64,000 nt of DNA from Plasmodiophora brassicae (taxonomy: Eukaryota): assembly GCA_036867785.1 (NCBI GenBank), contig CP145411.1:1302001-1366000 (forward strand), written 5' to 3'. Both the position numbers and the translations under genes were made by a program. This document shows positions 46,837 through 58,135 of this stretch, in pieces. The notes below the pieces were generated by a model that was not told the origin of the DNA, made no database searches, and saw nothing but the letters and a program-made list of their open reading frames with translations. Positions within the stretch are counted from its first letter, which is position 1. Each line of letters starts with the position of its first letter.

Positions 46837-48412
46837 CTAAGCCGAGGGCCCAGGGCGTAATGCCTTCAAGACCGATTGCGGAAGGTTCCCCTTTTCTGAC
46901 AGAAACGCATCCGGTTTGGGGATGTCGACGTCTTTGGAATCGGGGTATTCTACGTTAAGCGCCGATGCATACACCTGGCAGAGCAGTTGCTTGCTCTTGA
47001 TCGTCCGGGTGACAAAGTTGCCCCACGTGCAGCCACCAATGACGCTCGCACCTAATGATGACCTAGACGACCAGCGGAATTAGGGGAATACATAAATGGG
47101 TTGATCATGCTCAACGAGACCAACCCAAGTGATACGAAGATCAGACTGCTGGGCTTAAACCTGCTATACTTGGTCGACATCGGCTTTCCCCGGGCCAGCG
47201 CCTTGATGTTCTGTGCAGCGATGTGCGCCATCTTTGTTGCCAGGAACGTGAACTCATATTTATCCGCATTGCTGTTGCCCCAAACAATCAGCGATCCGCC
47301 GCCGTCTGACAATGACGGCGATTACCAGCAATCGCCGATAGCGAACACGTGTGTCTGGCCTTCGACCTGAAGGTACTCATTGACTTTGATGTGGCCCGTT
47401 TCACTGACTGGTATTGTGTGCTCAAAACAGGAATTGTTGGTCTGGACGAGCAAACCGTCAGTCGGCCAGGTGCCGTGTCACACCCTGCAATGCTCATCCG
47501 GTACTCGAGCATATCCTATACAGAAGAAGATCCGGTCGACTTCGAGGATTTCCCCGTTGCTTAATGGGACTTTGACCGGCTTCGCGTCCGCCTCAACGTC
47601 GGGGCCGGGCCGTGGTGCACATTCTGCTGCGACACCAGTCTTGACAACGATTCCCATGCTCTCCATCGTTGCCTTTATCCTGCTACTCAGCTTATCGGGA
47701 TAATCGGCACCGATCAGTTTCACGCTTCGCGATACCAACGTGACCTGTGTGCGCTGAACGTCAGCAGGGAACGTCACGTGCACATCGCGGCGACGACACC
47801 GATTTCTGAGGATAATGAGCTTTGATCTCCCCAGCCAGTTCACATCCGGCTGGACCTCCACCAACGACGAGAACACGTTCGTCAGGTGCCAAAGCCTGGA
47901 CCGCTTTGGAGTACATGATACGCGCGTCCTGATACGCTGTCGGGGTGGTGTCCTCTGGGAACGCGTAGCTTGATCCAGTGGCGATGACGACGAAGTCAGC
48001 TGCGATAGCCGTGTCATTCCCTGTCAACTATAGGTACAATGCTTTAAATATTTACTGGACCGAAGGTGCTGTATAGAAATGGAACAATGTGCCCAACCTG
48101 GATGGAGGGTCCGTCAACTCGTGCCACTTCGCCAGATACCACGGTTCCGTTCTTGAGGGCTTTCGCATATGGAGGAGTGACGTTATGGGCGAAATCCGGC
48201 ATGACGGCCGCTCGTAGGGCGCCAACCGTGTGCATGAAGTAGTCCTTGCGGTCGATGACGAACACGTTGAAGTCGTTATCGAGCAACTGAGCCACTGTGA
48301 TACCGCCGTACCTGCCACCCATATATATCAGGTCGGCCCAGCACAGAGCTGTTAACAAGTAGACGCGTCCCAACCCGCCACCGACGACGAGTACCGTCTT
48401 CTTGTCAGCCAT
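46837..48412 (-). CDS. AIF-like/FSP1 (AMID) FAD-dependent NAD(P)H oxidoreductase, multi-exon; 3' end approximate
   Basis: VLVVGGG..YGG, DFVVIATGSSY, VLVVGGGPAGCELAGEIK, HVFAIGD, AHIAAQNI. Confidence 0.85.
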
Positions 48413-49118
48413 CGTGCCTGTAGACTAGAGGTCTTCGTCAACCGCCGTCGTTTGCCAGTCGAAACCTCCTGAAACTGGCTGCACCTGGTCACAAGGTCAA
48501 GACGATTCAGGGCACCTTTCGCTGCTGTGCCGCACTGGTGTACTGTCGCATCCCATTAGTTCCTGGTCGCGACGCTGTTACAACCGCCTTCATGCGCGCG
48601 ACCTCGATCGTCCCTGTAGGCGATACGTGGTTCGACTTCGCGCGGCACACCTGCTCGCCATACGCCGATCCCTGTGCTTGCCTCGATCCAGCATTAATAT
48701 TTGACCGGCGACTCATTAGCAATATCGTCGAAACGGGCATAAGTGTCGGCCAACGTCCTGTAATGTTCACTGCGAAGGCAATGGCCGCTGTTATTTGTGT
48801 AGTACGAACTATTGTCAATATGCAAACGGACGCCCTGTTCCTTCGAACGCAGTCGTCAGCCGCCGAAAATTGTCAGTGTACGGCTTGCACGAGGCCCATG
48901 GTTAAACTCCCAACGTTTACGATGATTCCCGCGTCTCGACTTGCTCCAACGCGGCCACGTCCGGCAGGGCTTGAACCTGTGGCCAACTGCCCAAGTGCCA
49001 ATTGTCCACTACCAACAGGTCCTCAGTCTACGTAAACCATTGCCGACGAATACTCGAGTACATTCAAACCAGCATTAGGTTCCAGACAGTGTATTGAGTG
49101 TGCAGGTCGCTGGGGCCA

Positions 49119-50357
49119 TCACGCTTTGGCCGGGTCGGCTCGGCACAGTGGACACGAGAAAGGTTGCGCAAGACGCCCTTGTCGTTTGAACCAGGGGCGC
49201 AAGCATCCCCAGTGGAACACGTGGCGACACAGTTGCAGAATGGTTAGGCACTGTTCCGTGCCAAACAGCCTCTCCTGACAGATAGCACATTCTGCACTGC
49301 TGCCCGACGATATAGATGGCGTAAACGTTATCCTGTCGGCGGCAATCCGCAATCGGTGTGATGGAGTCAGAGGGCCCTCAACGTCATCACCGTCGCTGTT
49401 GACACTCGTTGCCCCATCTTGCTCGTCTTCATCATCGTCCGTTCCGTCTGCTCCATCAGGCATCTTGAAACAAACCAGCAAGTCTTGAACAAATTCGGCC
49501 TCGCGGTCGACGTCGAAATCACTCGTGCGCTCTAGTAGTTCGATCGGGTGTTCGCCATCAGGACCTCGCTCATTCCATGGATTCAACGATAACGGCTGGT
49601 CAAGCAGCAATGGGACCAGGTGATAATTCCGACAGCGTATGGCTTCGTACAGCATGGACCCGTGCTCTCGAGACGCTTTGCACGATGCTTGCAGGCGTAC
49701 CAGAACGTGAATGGCGCGCTTGGCACGATGTCTATCACTCAGACGCGCCACCGCGATTGGCAATGACGTGTTTCCCGTTAGGACGTCGTGGCCATGCTCG
49801 TAGAAGAGCTGTATGACCAGGCGAATAGGTTGCGTGCTTGGGTCAACATCCAGGGCGTTGATCAGAGTACCGGGTCGAGAGGCATCATTTACACTGACAT
49901 CCAGAGCAGCGAAGGCACGATGCCAATGGACATCCTGATCGTCCAGCGTCGCTTCCAGGGATTCCATTGCCCAGTCAGGGATGTCGAAAAGGTCTTTGTT
50001 GAAGTAACGCAGGAGGGCCTGGCTCTGCCGAGCAGTGAGCGTGAAGCGATCATCGGGCGTGATCCACGAGCTTTCGCCAGTCCGTCGTGCTACAGCGCAC
50101 TTCACAGCAACCTCCTGACGAATTTCCCATTCTTCCAGATCGTCTTCGGTCATGGGTATCTCATCGAGGCCGCCGGCATCGTCAGGCAGACCGGTTTCGT
50201 TGACAACAGGCAGGTCGACCAGGTCCGGGCGCATCCGCTTCAGATTGGTGGGCAGATGATCATCGGCGCCGGAAAGGCCGCGCTTCACGGCTGCACCGGT
50301 GACGACGTCCAGAGCAGCCACAGCAAGCAGAACGACGAGAGTTCCTGCCACCACCAT
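49119..50357 (-). CDS. Secreted RING-H2 family, copy 2
   Basis: Same architecture as copy 1. RING CAICQE..CRHVFHWGCLRPWF..CPLC. Confidence 0.87.
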   Translation of the reverse strand: MVVAGTLVVLLAVAALDVVTGAAVKRGLSGADDHLPTNLKRMRPDLVDLPVVNETGLPDDAGGLDEIPMTEDDLEEWEIRQEVAVKCAVARRTGESSWITPDDRFTLTARQSQALLRYFNKDLFDIPDWAMESLEATLDDQDVHWHRAFAALDVSVNDASRPGTLINALDVDPSTQPIRLVIQLFYEHGHDVLTGNTSLPIAVARLSDRHRAKRAIHVLVRLQASCKASREHGSMLYEAIRCRNYHLVPLLLDQPLSLNPWNERGPDGEHPIELLERTSDFDVDREAEFVQDLLVCFKMPDGADGTDDDEDEQDGATSVNSDGDDVEGPLTPSHRLRIAADRITFTPSISSGSSAECAICQERLFGTEQCLTILQLCRHVFHWGCLRPWFKRQGRLAQPFSCPLCRADPAKA

Positions 50358-50709
50358 GTTCGTCTAGGTAGGTAGGTCGCGTTGGTTGTCTCGGCCAATG
50401 CTGCGCGAGGGCACTCTGCGGGGCGGTGCGCGCACTGGTCAACAAAGCCCGATCCGGCGAATTGCGACTGTGCACAGAATTCTCCGAAACGCCGACGAGA
50501 TCAAAAATAGCCCCCGTCCACTGACTTGGCAAATGAACCGGATGAAACGGGAATTTGTTGAGGCCACCGGCCTGCGTTGGCAATATGCTCTGTCTGAGTT
50601 GAGCACCTGGCCACCGGTCGCTTTATTGCAGTCGAACTTGAGGTGATTCCTGTCATTGCCCGCCCCCCCAGAACATCCAAGACGAGCACAGCAGCTACCT
50701 ACATAGCTA

Positions 50710-51330
50710 ATGGGCGCGCCAGGGCATGGATGGCGCGCTTGGCACTCATTTCATCGCCCAAACATGCCACGCCCAATGGTGCACTCCTATCTCAAGTCAG
50801 GACGACGTAGACATGCTGGGAGAACAGCTGCATCAACCAGGCTAACAGGTTGCGTCTAGAACGACATCCAGAGCAGCGAGTGTCCGATGTCAGCAGGCAT
50901 CCGGGCCGGCACGCATCACATACGGAGAGGCCATTTACTGGTCGGGAATGTCGAGCAGGTCGTTGTTGAAACAACGCGCGCAGGAGCGCATGGTGGCGCT
51001 GACGTCGGGCGCCAGTGAACGTGAACTGGTCATCTGAGCGGATCTGAGACGTATTGCCAGTCGATCGGCCATGCATTATGCACTGCACCTGGTCGCCACA
51101 ACTTATCAAGCCCCCCCCCCCCCCCCCCCCCCAGGCTTGCGCTTCTCCACTCTAATCATGTTCAAATTACGAGCGCCAGGCAGTACTGCGGTTCGTTGAT
51201 AGCGGGGCAGGTCGAGAGTCTCCAGGAGCACCCGCTTCTCATTCGTCAGACTCGTCTCGCTGACGGGTGCGCGCGCGCTCGCACAGTTTGCGACATCGAA
51301 GGCAGCGACAGCGATCTGAGCCGTGAATAG
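50710..51330 (-). pseudogene. Degenerate truncated copy of the secreted RING family
   Basis: Fragments EKRVLLETLDLP, RSTGNTSQIRSDDQFTFT, LMQLFSQHVYVVLT and AKRAIHALAR lie in shifting frames. A poly-C run at about 51111-51132 interrupts it. Confidence 0.75.
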
Positions 51331-51481
51331 TGGATACGCTCGGCAGTAGTTGTTCGCCGGGCGGCTGTCTGCCAATGTCCAGATATAAACCGATCCGGGG
51401 AACTGCGCCCCCCGTTCTAGAAATAGCCGTGCAAACCGGGCCCAGTCGACCTCATGCGCACGGGGTTCCAGAGTGAGGAGA

Positions 51482-52777
51482 ATGGCATCGCCGGTCGCAC
51501 TGACATTAGCGCTGACGTCTGTCCTGGCTGCTCTGGGATTCGTCGGCGGGGCGAGGGTGAAGCGCTGGCGAGCGTCCGATGACGGCGGCCCGTCGCAGAA
51601 GTCGAAACGGTTGCGCGTAGACCGCCTCGAGCTGCCTGTCGTCGATGAACCTCCACTGCCTTGCGATTGTGGCCTGAACGTAATCCGCATGACTCAGCAT
51701 GAGCAGCAGGTCTGGGAGACCCGCCAGGAATTGGCGCTCAGGTGTGGCCTCATCCGATCGACTGTCGTTGCCGCATGGGTCACGCGGGACGACCAGTTTA
51801 CATTCACCGCCCGGCAGAGCCAGGCTCTCTTGCGACACTTCAATAAGGACCTACTGGACATCCCTGATCATTCAATGGACACCCTGCATGCACGTCTCGC
51901 TGGCCCGGACGTTTTATGGCATCGGGCCTTCGCTTCGCTCAGTGTCGTCCTGCACGACGCGCGAAGACCCGGGACCCTGATCAATGCCCTGGATATGAAC
52001 CCGAACACGCAGCCTGTTCGTCTTGTCATGCAGCTATTCTATGAGCACGCCCATGACGTTGTAACGGGAAATACCTCGCTGGCAATAGCTGTGGCTAGCC
52101 TGCAGGACAAGAGACGAGCCATGCGCGCCGTCCATGTCTTGGCGCGCCTGCATGCGCCCTGTAAAACGACACCGAAACACGGATCCATGCTGATCGAAGC
52201 GATCTTGTCGGGAAACTACAACCTGGTCCCGCTGCTACTTGGCGTCCCGTTCCGGTTGGATCCGCTGGTCGAACGTGGGCCTGGTGGGATGCTGCCGTAC
52301 GACCTACTGACTTTGACGGCCGACCCAGACGAGCCCGATGTCATCCGAGCCATCCTCACGTTCCATCGGGTCCTGTCGCCCGATGATGAAGAGAGCAGCG
52401 ACGATGATGAGGACAATTATTTAATTGATGAGCGGGAGGGCACTTACGACGGCGACCACTCAGATGACCCGGGCGCTGACGCCGTCGCACCCGGGCACTG
52501 CTGGACGATTCCGCGATCGTTGCGACGGCTGCAAAAGTTGATGGACGTGATCACCGTAACGTCGATCTTGCCGCCCGGTCCGGACGCGTGTGCCATATGC
52601 CTGGAGAAATTCGCGGTTGCCTTACCTGGTCAGCGTCACCTGGCTGTCCTTGGTTTCTGTAGCCATGTGTTCCACTGGGGTTGTATCCGTCCCTGGTTCA
52701 TTCGACAGTCCCGACACGCGACGCGGTTCACCTGCCCCATGTGTCGAGCCGACCCGTCCGACGACTCCGACGTGTAA
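51482..52777 (+). CDS. Secreted RING-H2 family, copy 3
   Basis: MASPVALTLALTSVLAALG signal, KRWR-x-KSKRLR, RING CAICLE..CSHVFHWGC..CPMC. Confidence 0.87.
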   Translation: MASPVALTLALTSVLAALGFVGGARVKRWRASDDGGPSQKSKRLRVDRLELPVVDEPPLPCDCGLNVIRMTQHEQQVWETRQELALRCGLIRSTVVAAWVTRDDQFTFTARQSQALLRHFNKDLLDIPDHSMDTLHARLAGPDVLWHRAFASLSVVLHDARRPGTLINALDMNPNTQPVRLVMQLFYEHAHDVVTGNTSLAIAVASLQDKRRAMRAVHVLARLHAPCKTTPKHGSMLIEAILSGNYNLVPLLLGVPFRLDPLVERGPGGMLPYDLLTLTADPDEPDVIRAILTFHRVLSPDDEESSDDDEDNYLIDEREGTYDGDHSDDPGADAVAPGHCWTIPRSLRRLQKLMDVITVTSILPPGPDACAICLEKFAVALPGQRHLAVLGFCSHVFHWGCIRPWFIRQSRHATRFTCPMCRADPSDDSDV

Positions 52778-53230
52778 ACCGGCCTCTGAGATGGCCCAAT
52801 GATTAAATGGTTCCAATGATGTGGCCGGGAAGGGCGTACAATGGAGTGGACCCAGGGTAACGTATTCGGTCACGCAGACTGGCTTACCGGAGTCCAGCCC
52901 TGCCTGGACAGCGTGCACGATCAACGACGGTCACTACGAGCGCACCGGGCGCACTTCACGAACCCACTGACGCAGATTCTGAGGGCAGCGGGGACCTTCC
53001 GGTCCGTGATTTACCGGGGTGATAGATCCCAGTGGCTTCGTGAAGTGCGTCAGTGCGTTCGTAAAAAGTGCGTCCAGTTCCTTCGTAGATTGCGCCAGTG
53101 CGTTCGTAAAAAGTGCGTTGTGGCGTCTGAGCGCGCGTGCTGCGCAACAGTCATGAACCTCCAGAAATAGCTTCGCCGTCGGTCTGCCCACTGTCCATTG
53201 CCGGCCGAGGGCCCGAGTTTGCCGCCGACC

Positions 53231-54206
53231 ATGATGTCGAGGGTCGCCCTGACTGCCCTGTGGATCGTGGCTGCTATCGACATCAGATACGCTGTTGGCG
53301 TTGATGGCGTGAAGCGTAGATGCGCGCATTGCGGTATTGCTTCGCAGCCGAAAGCGATTAAGCGGGTGCGCCTGGACCATCTTGAGGTGCCCGTCATCGA
53401 CGAAACGGCACTGCCTGACGACGATGACCTCGACGAGATCCGCATGGCAAAGCAGGAGCTGGAGGCCTGGAAGGCCCGACAAGATGTGTCGGCGAGGTGC
53501 GCACTAGTCCGATCGACTGGCGACGCCTCGTGGATCACGCCGGCTGACCAGTTCACGTTTACTGCCCGGCAGAGTCAAGCCCTGCTGCATATGTTCAACA
53601 ACGACCTGTTTGACATCCCCGTTAAGACAATGGTCACCCTGGATACGCTGCTGGCCGGCCCAGACGTCCATTGGCACCAAGCCTTCGCCGCACTCGACGT
53701 CGTTCTTCACGACGACCGACGCGCTGGTACCTTAATCACAGCGCTGGACCTGGATCCCGACACCCAACCCGTTCGCCTTCTCATGCAGGTCTTCAACGAG
53801 CACGGCCACTGTGTTATGACCCGAGATACAAGTCTACCAGTAGCGGTGGCCCGTCTGCCCGACACGACTGACGCGAAACGCGCCATCCACATGCTGGCCA
53901 GACTACAGGCGTCGTGCAAGCCGACCTACGAGGTCGAGTCGACGCTGGACGAAGCGATACGCTGTCGAAATTACGAACTCATCCCGCTGCTGCTAGATGC
54001 GCCGTTCAATCTCGACCCGTTGGTCGAGCGTGGCCCTGATGGGACGACACCGTACGACCGCCTGCTCGTGACGGCTGACGACATCGACGATCCCGACCTA
54101 CAGCGTGCCGCCGAGACGCTCTGTCGCAGTACAATAGGAAACAGGCGGGAAGCGTTCGGTGATGACGACCCGGATGGCAGTAGCGTCGTGTCGGATACAG
54201 ACGGAG

Positions 54207-54238
<32 letters not shown>

Positions 54239-54538
54239 CCGTACACGCCGGTGCCGGAGGCAATGCAGCGACTACAGGACCTCATGTATGGAATAACGCT
54301 GGCGACGCCCGTGCCCTCCGACGTGGCCGACGCCTGCGCCATATGCCTGGGCAGCGTTGCAGGCGTCCTGCCTGGACGCTATCGGGCAACGCTGCCGTTG
54401 TGCGGCCACGCCTTCCACTGGGCGTGCCTCCGTCCCTGGTTCGTCCGGCAGGCCTGCCGATCCGGCCAGGCCTTCTCCTGCCCGCTGTGCCGCAACGACC
54501 CGACCGCCACCCCTTCCCGCAATCGACATCACCTCTGA
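53231..54538 (+). CDS. Secreted RING-H2 family, copy 4
   Basis: MMSRVALTALWIVAA signal, KRR-x-KRVR, RING CAICLG..CGHAFHWAC..CPLC. Confidence 0.87.
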
Positions 54539-54670
54539 TAAACGATGCCGCAATTGGGCCGCCATCGAACGAAGGGTGCGGGGGGCGGGCCCCGCTGACT
54601 CTCTGCGCCACGCGGTGCGCCTCAGCGCCTGACCTGAGAGCGCGTGGGGCGCGCGCGCACACGCGCCACC

Positions 54671-56424
54671 ATGCCCGACTGCTGCGTATGCCTGACCGCC
54701 ATGCTCGAGGACCTCTGCGTCCTCAAGTGCGGGCACGTGTTCCACTCGTTCTGGTATGGTGGACGCGCGCGCCAGGCCCCCGGCGGTCCCGGTCCCTGAT
54801 CGTGTGTGCGCCCGCGCCCACAGCATCTACTCGTGGATCGAGCAGAAGAAGGTCTGCCCGCTCTGCAAGGCCGACGTCCACCGTTCGCACGTCCGACCGC
54901 TCTTCATGAACTTCAACGAAGGCGGCGGCGACGCGCCCGGCGACGGCGACGACGTCGCTGCCGGCGCCCAGACGGCGGGCGGCGCCGCCAGCGACCGTCG
55001 AGAAGTCGAAGCGGCGCACGCTCAGATCGTTCGTCGTCGTCGATTGGTCGCGCGCGGGGTCGCCCATGCTGATTTCGCGGCTGCGTCCTGTGTCTAGGAT
55101 CGATATCGGTCGGAGATGCAGGCCCTGGCCGACCAGCTGCGGCAGTCGCAGGCGGGCCTGCAGGAGGCCATGCTGGAATGCGAGCGCATACGACGCGAGA
55201 ACGCCGCCTGCCGCAACGACGCCAGGCGGAACATCGCCGACCTGCACAGCGAGAAGCTGGCGCACGTTCAGGTTCGCTCCCCCCGGGCATGCGTCATCGT
55301 CCCCAGCATCTGACGGTCGTCGCCGTAGACGAAGGAGCGGCTGAGCGAGCAGGTCGATGAGCTGTTGCACGTCATTGACGAGCAGAAGGCGGAGATCGGT
55401 CGGATGGCGCTTCGCGATCGGATAGCGTCGGTCGCGGATGTCGATTCCGTCAAGGCGGTGTCGATCCTCGAAGGGCACTGCCGCGGCATGTCAAGCGACA
55501 CCAAGGTCAGGTTCCTCAAGGACCAGCTGCTCTACACGCACGACCTATACGCCAAGTTCGTCGTCAGCCTGGGCGGGATCTCGCTCGGGGCGGCTGACTC
55601 TCATCGTTTGGGTGTGCGAACAGGATGAAACGCCGATCGCAGACGCTGGAACGGGAGGTCTCGTCGTGCGAAAGCAGGAGTAGGCTGCTCTGGTTGCATT
55701 CTTTAGCGGGGGCTATCGCTGACCGACCCCAAAGTACAGTCGCTCGAGGAGACCATCCGGAAGTCTCGACGTGGCGCCGCGCCGCAACCCGCTGCTGAAT
55801 CCGACACCGTCGACGACGACGATGTGCTCGTCGTCGAGGACGTCATTGACGAGGCGATCGGCCTCAGGCCGGATCGTCAGCGAACTCGTACGGCGAACGG
55901 CAACGACACATTGGTATCACACGCGCGCGCGTCTCACTCCTCTCTCTGTCCAGCACGTTTGCTAAACCGGCCGGGCCACGTCGCGCCGGACGATTGCATG
56001 GCGCCGTCGAGGAAACGGTATCAGTTGCACCTGCCGCGAATGCGGATCCGCTGGCTGACTGCCGCTACCGTCGGTGACAGGGCGTCTCCCGAGAACGTCG
56101 GCCCCGAGAACGTCGATCCGGAACCAGGATACCCTCGTCCGCAGACTGTTGTCGACCGCATGCGGGTGCAGCCGTTGCCAGTCCTTCTGTAGAATGCGCC
56201 CACCCTTCGGTTCCGATGCCGCCGCCCACCTGACTCTGTCTGGCAACAGGGCACGATCCGACAAGCGGAGGCCGAGGTCGGTGCTGCCGAACGGGTTCGG
56301 AGGCTCGTCGTCGTCGATGTCGGTCATGTCTACGTGGGCGCCGAGCGGGCACTTGCGGCCAGACGCGAAGATCCGCCCCAAAGCCAAGTCTGCCGATATC
56401 AGAGCCATGTTCGGCAAGCGCTAG
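54671..56424 (+). CDS. TRAIP-like N-terminal RING E3 ligase with coiled coil, multi-exon
   Basis: MPDCCVC..CGHVFHSFCIYSWIEQKKVCPLCK, a coiled coil, then NGFGG and a PIP-like ADIRAMF near the C-terminus. Confidence 0.7.
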
Positions 56425-56539
56425 GATAAACTGGTCCGGTTTGTCGCACGTCCCCTGCAGAGCGCGGGGGAGGGGGCACCATGTCCCTGATCCTCCCCCA
56501 CGATGTCGACACAACCTGTTGTATCCTACCCTACTATCC

Positions 56540-57885
56540 CTATTGTATTGGATCGATGTTGCCCTTGATGGAGAGCTTCTTCACGATCTCGTAACTTGCG
56601 AAGGTCAGGGCGCTACCGGGGACCTGCATCAGCATTCGTGGGCCAATGCCTTTCGTCATGCCCGGTAGACCTGGGCAGCGACTGACGTCAGTACGACGGC
56701 GCGGGTGTCGGCGACATCGCCATCACCGTATACCTTCTCTAAACACAATACGATACAGGACAGTCCAGAACCCTGCGCTGGGCTTGCCCAGGTCTGCAGA
56801 CTGCACCCTGGTCTTGGCGACATCGAGCGGGTTCGAGACAATGACGCTGGCGGCACCCGCCATGGCCCCCGATATCAGGAACGTTGTCAGCGGCGGCGTC
56901 CCACGACGCTCGTCATGCAGGACGCTCTTCGTCAGCTCGTACGTGCCGAACCAGGCCGCAGACGCTGCGCCCAGAACCGTGTCAGTGGGCATCCGAGCAC
57001 TGGACGACGCCACCTTCCCCTACTGACTTGGGGCATGCGACGCAATACTGCCGATGAGGCCTCGATACAGGCCAGGTATGCCATCGGATCGCCACACGTC
57101 CCGGAACACGGTCCTGGCATTGGGGACGACGACACGCGCGCCGCCATTCGCACCCGCGTAATCGAGTTTCACTGTAGAGACCATCATTCGGACGGAGACA
57201 ACCTCGGCAGGCGTGTGCGCCACCATGGAGATCGTGTCGGCTGCGAACCCCGCGATCACGCCGACGCCGCCCTTGGACAGGGTCGTATCCGCGTCGGCGT
57301 TCATGAGCATTTGCTTCACTGTTCACAGCAGGACGCCTTTCAAACGGGCCGCACGTCAACCCGGGCCATCGACGTCTTACGGTATTCATAGACGCCAAAG
57401 TAGATGAGCTGCCCGGGCAGGTTGCCGACTGTGCTGGGCATTAAACCGCGGAACAGGCCCTGCCGCAGCGAACAATGACTGGACGGACGACGGCGGGGAG
57501 CGACACACGATCGGCCTACCTGGACGCCTTCCCGCTTCAGTAGGACCCGGGCGCTGGTCCAGGCGTCCAGGGGCATGCCCGTCCCCCGGTAATGCTGCTG
57601 TCGGACCTTGATGACCTCGAACGGATGCAGTACGGAATCATGGGCCAGGATGAAGACCTAACGCGGGCCGGGGTCAGTCAGGGGCAGCGCGCGCGTCCCC
57701 CCGGCCGCGCAGCGTACCGTGTTGAAGACGAGGTACCGGCGCAGGTCCATGTGCCGCCAGCACACGTCGTCGATCGACTCGCCGGCCATCTCGCTGGCGG
57801 CTCTGTCGAAGCAGGCGCCCAGGCCGGCGGTGGCGCGGTCGCCCTGCGCCTGCTGCTGCTGCTGCTGCTGCTGCTGCGTGGGCAT
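56540..57885 (-). CDS. Mitochondrial carrier protein (SLC25A44-like), multi-exon
   Basis: HPFEVIKVRQQ, TPAEVVSVR, NPLDVAKTRVQ carrier signatures, and GLYRG. Confidence 0.9.
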
Positions 57886-58135
57886 CGCTTGGGCCCACCG
57901 GACAGCCGAAGCCCGCACGGAGTCCACGGGCGATTCTGCGGCTGGAGCGTTACCTGACCTCCCCCTGCGTAGGTATCCCGCCCCTACGAGGACCGACTCG
58001 CAAGCCAACGATCGACGACCGGTATGCCTGGTCCAGGTGGCGGCAGCAACCGGAGCCGCACACACTGCGCGCGTGACGTCACGTGAAGCGTACGACGTCA
58101 TCACCGACGGGTGTGCGGGTTTGTTTATCGACGGA

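Noticed and set aside
57851-57876. CAG/polyQ run at the N-terminus of the mitochondrial carrier
   Set aside because: Short and common low-complexity feature.
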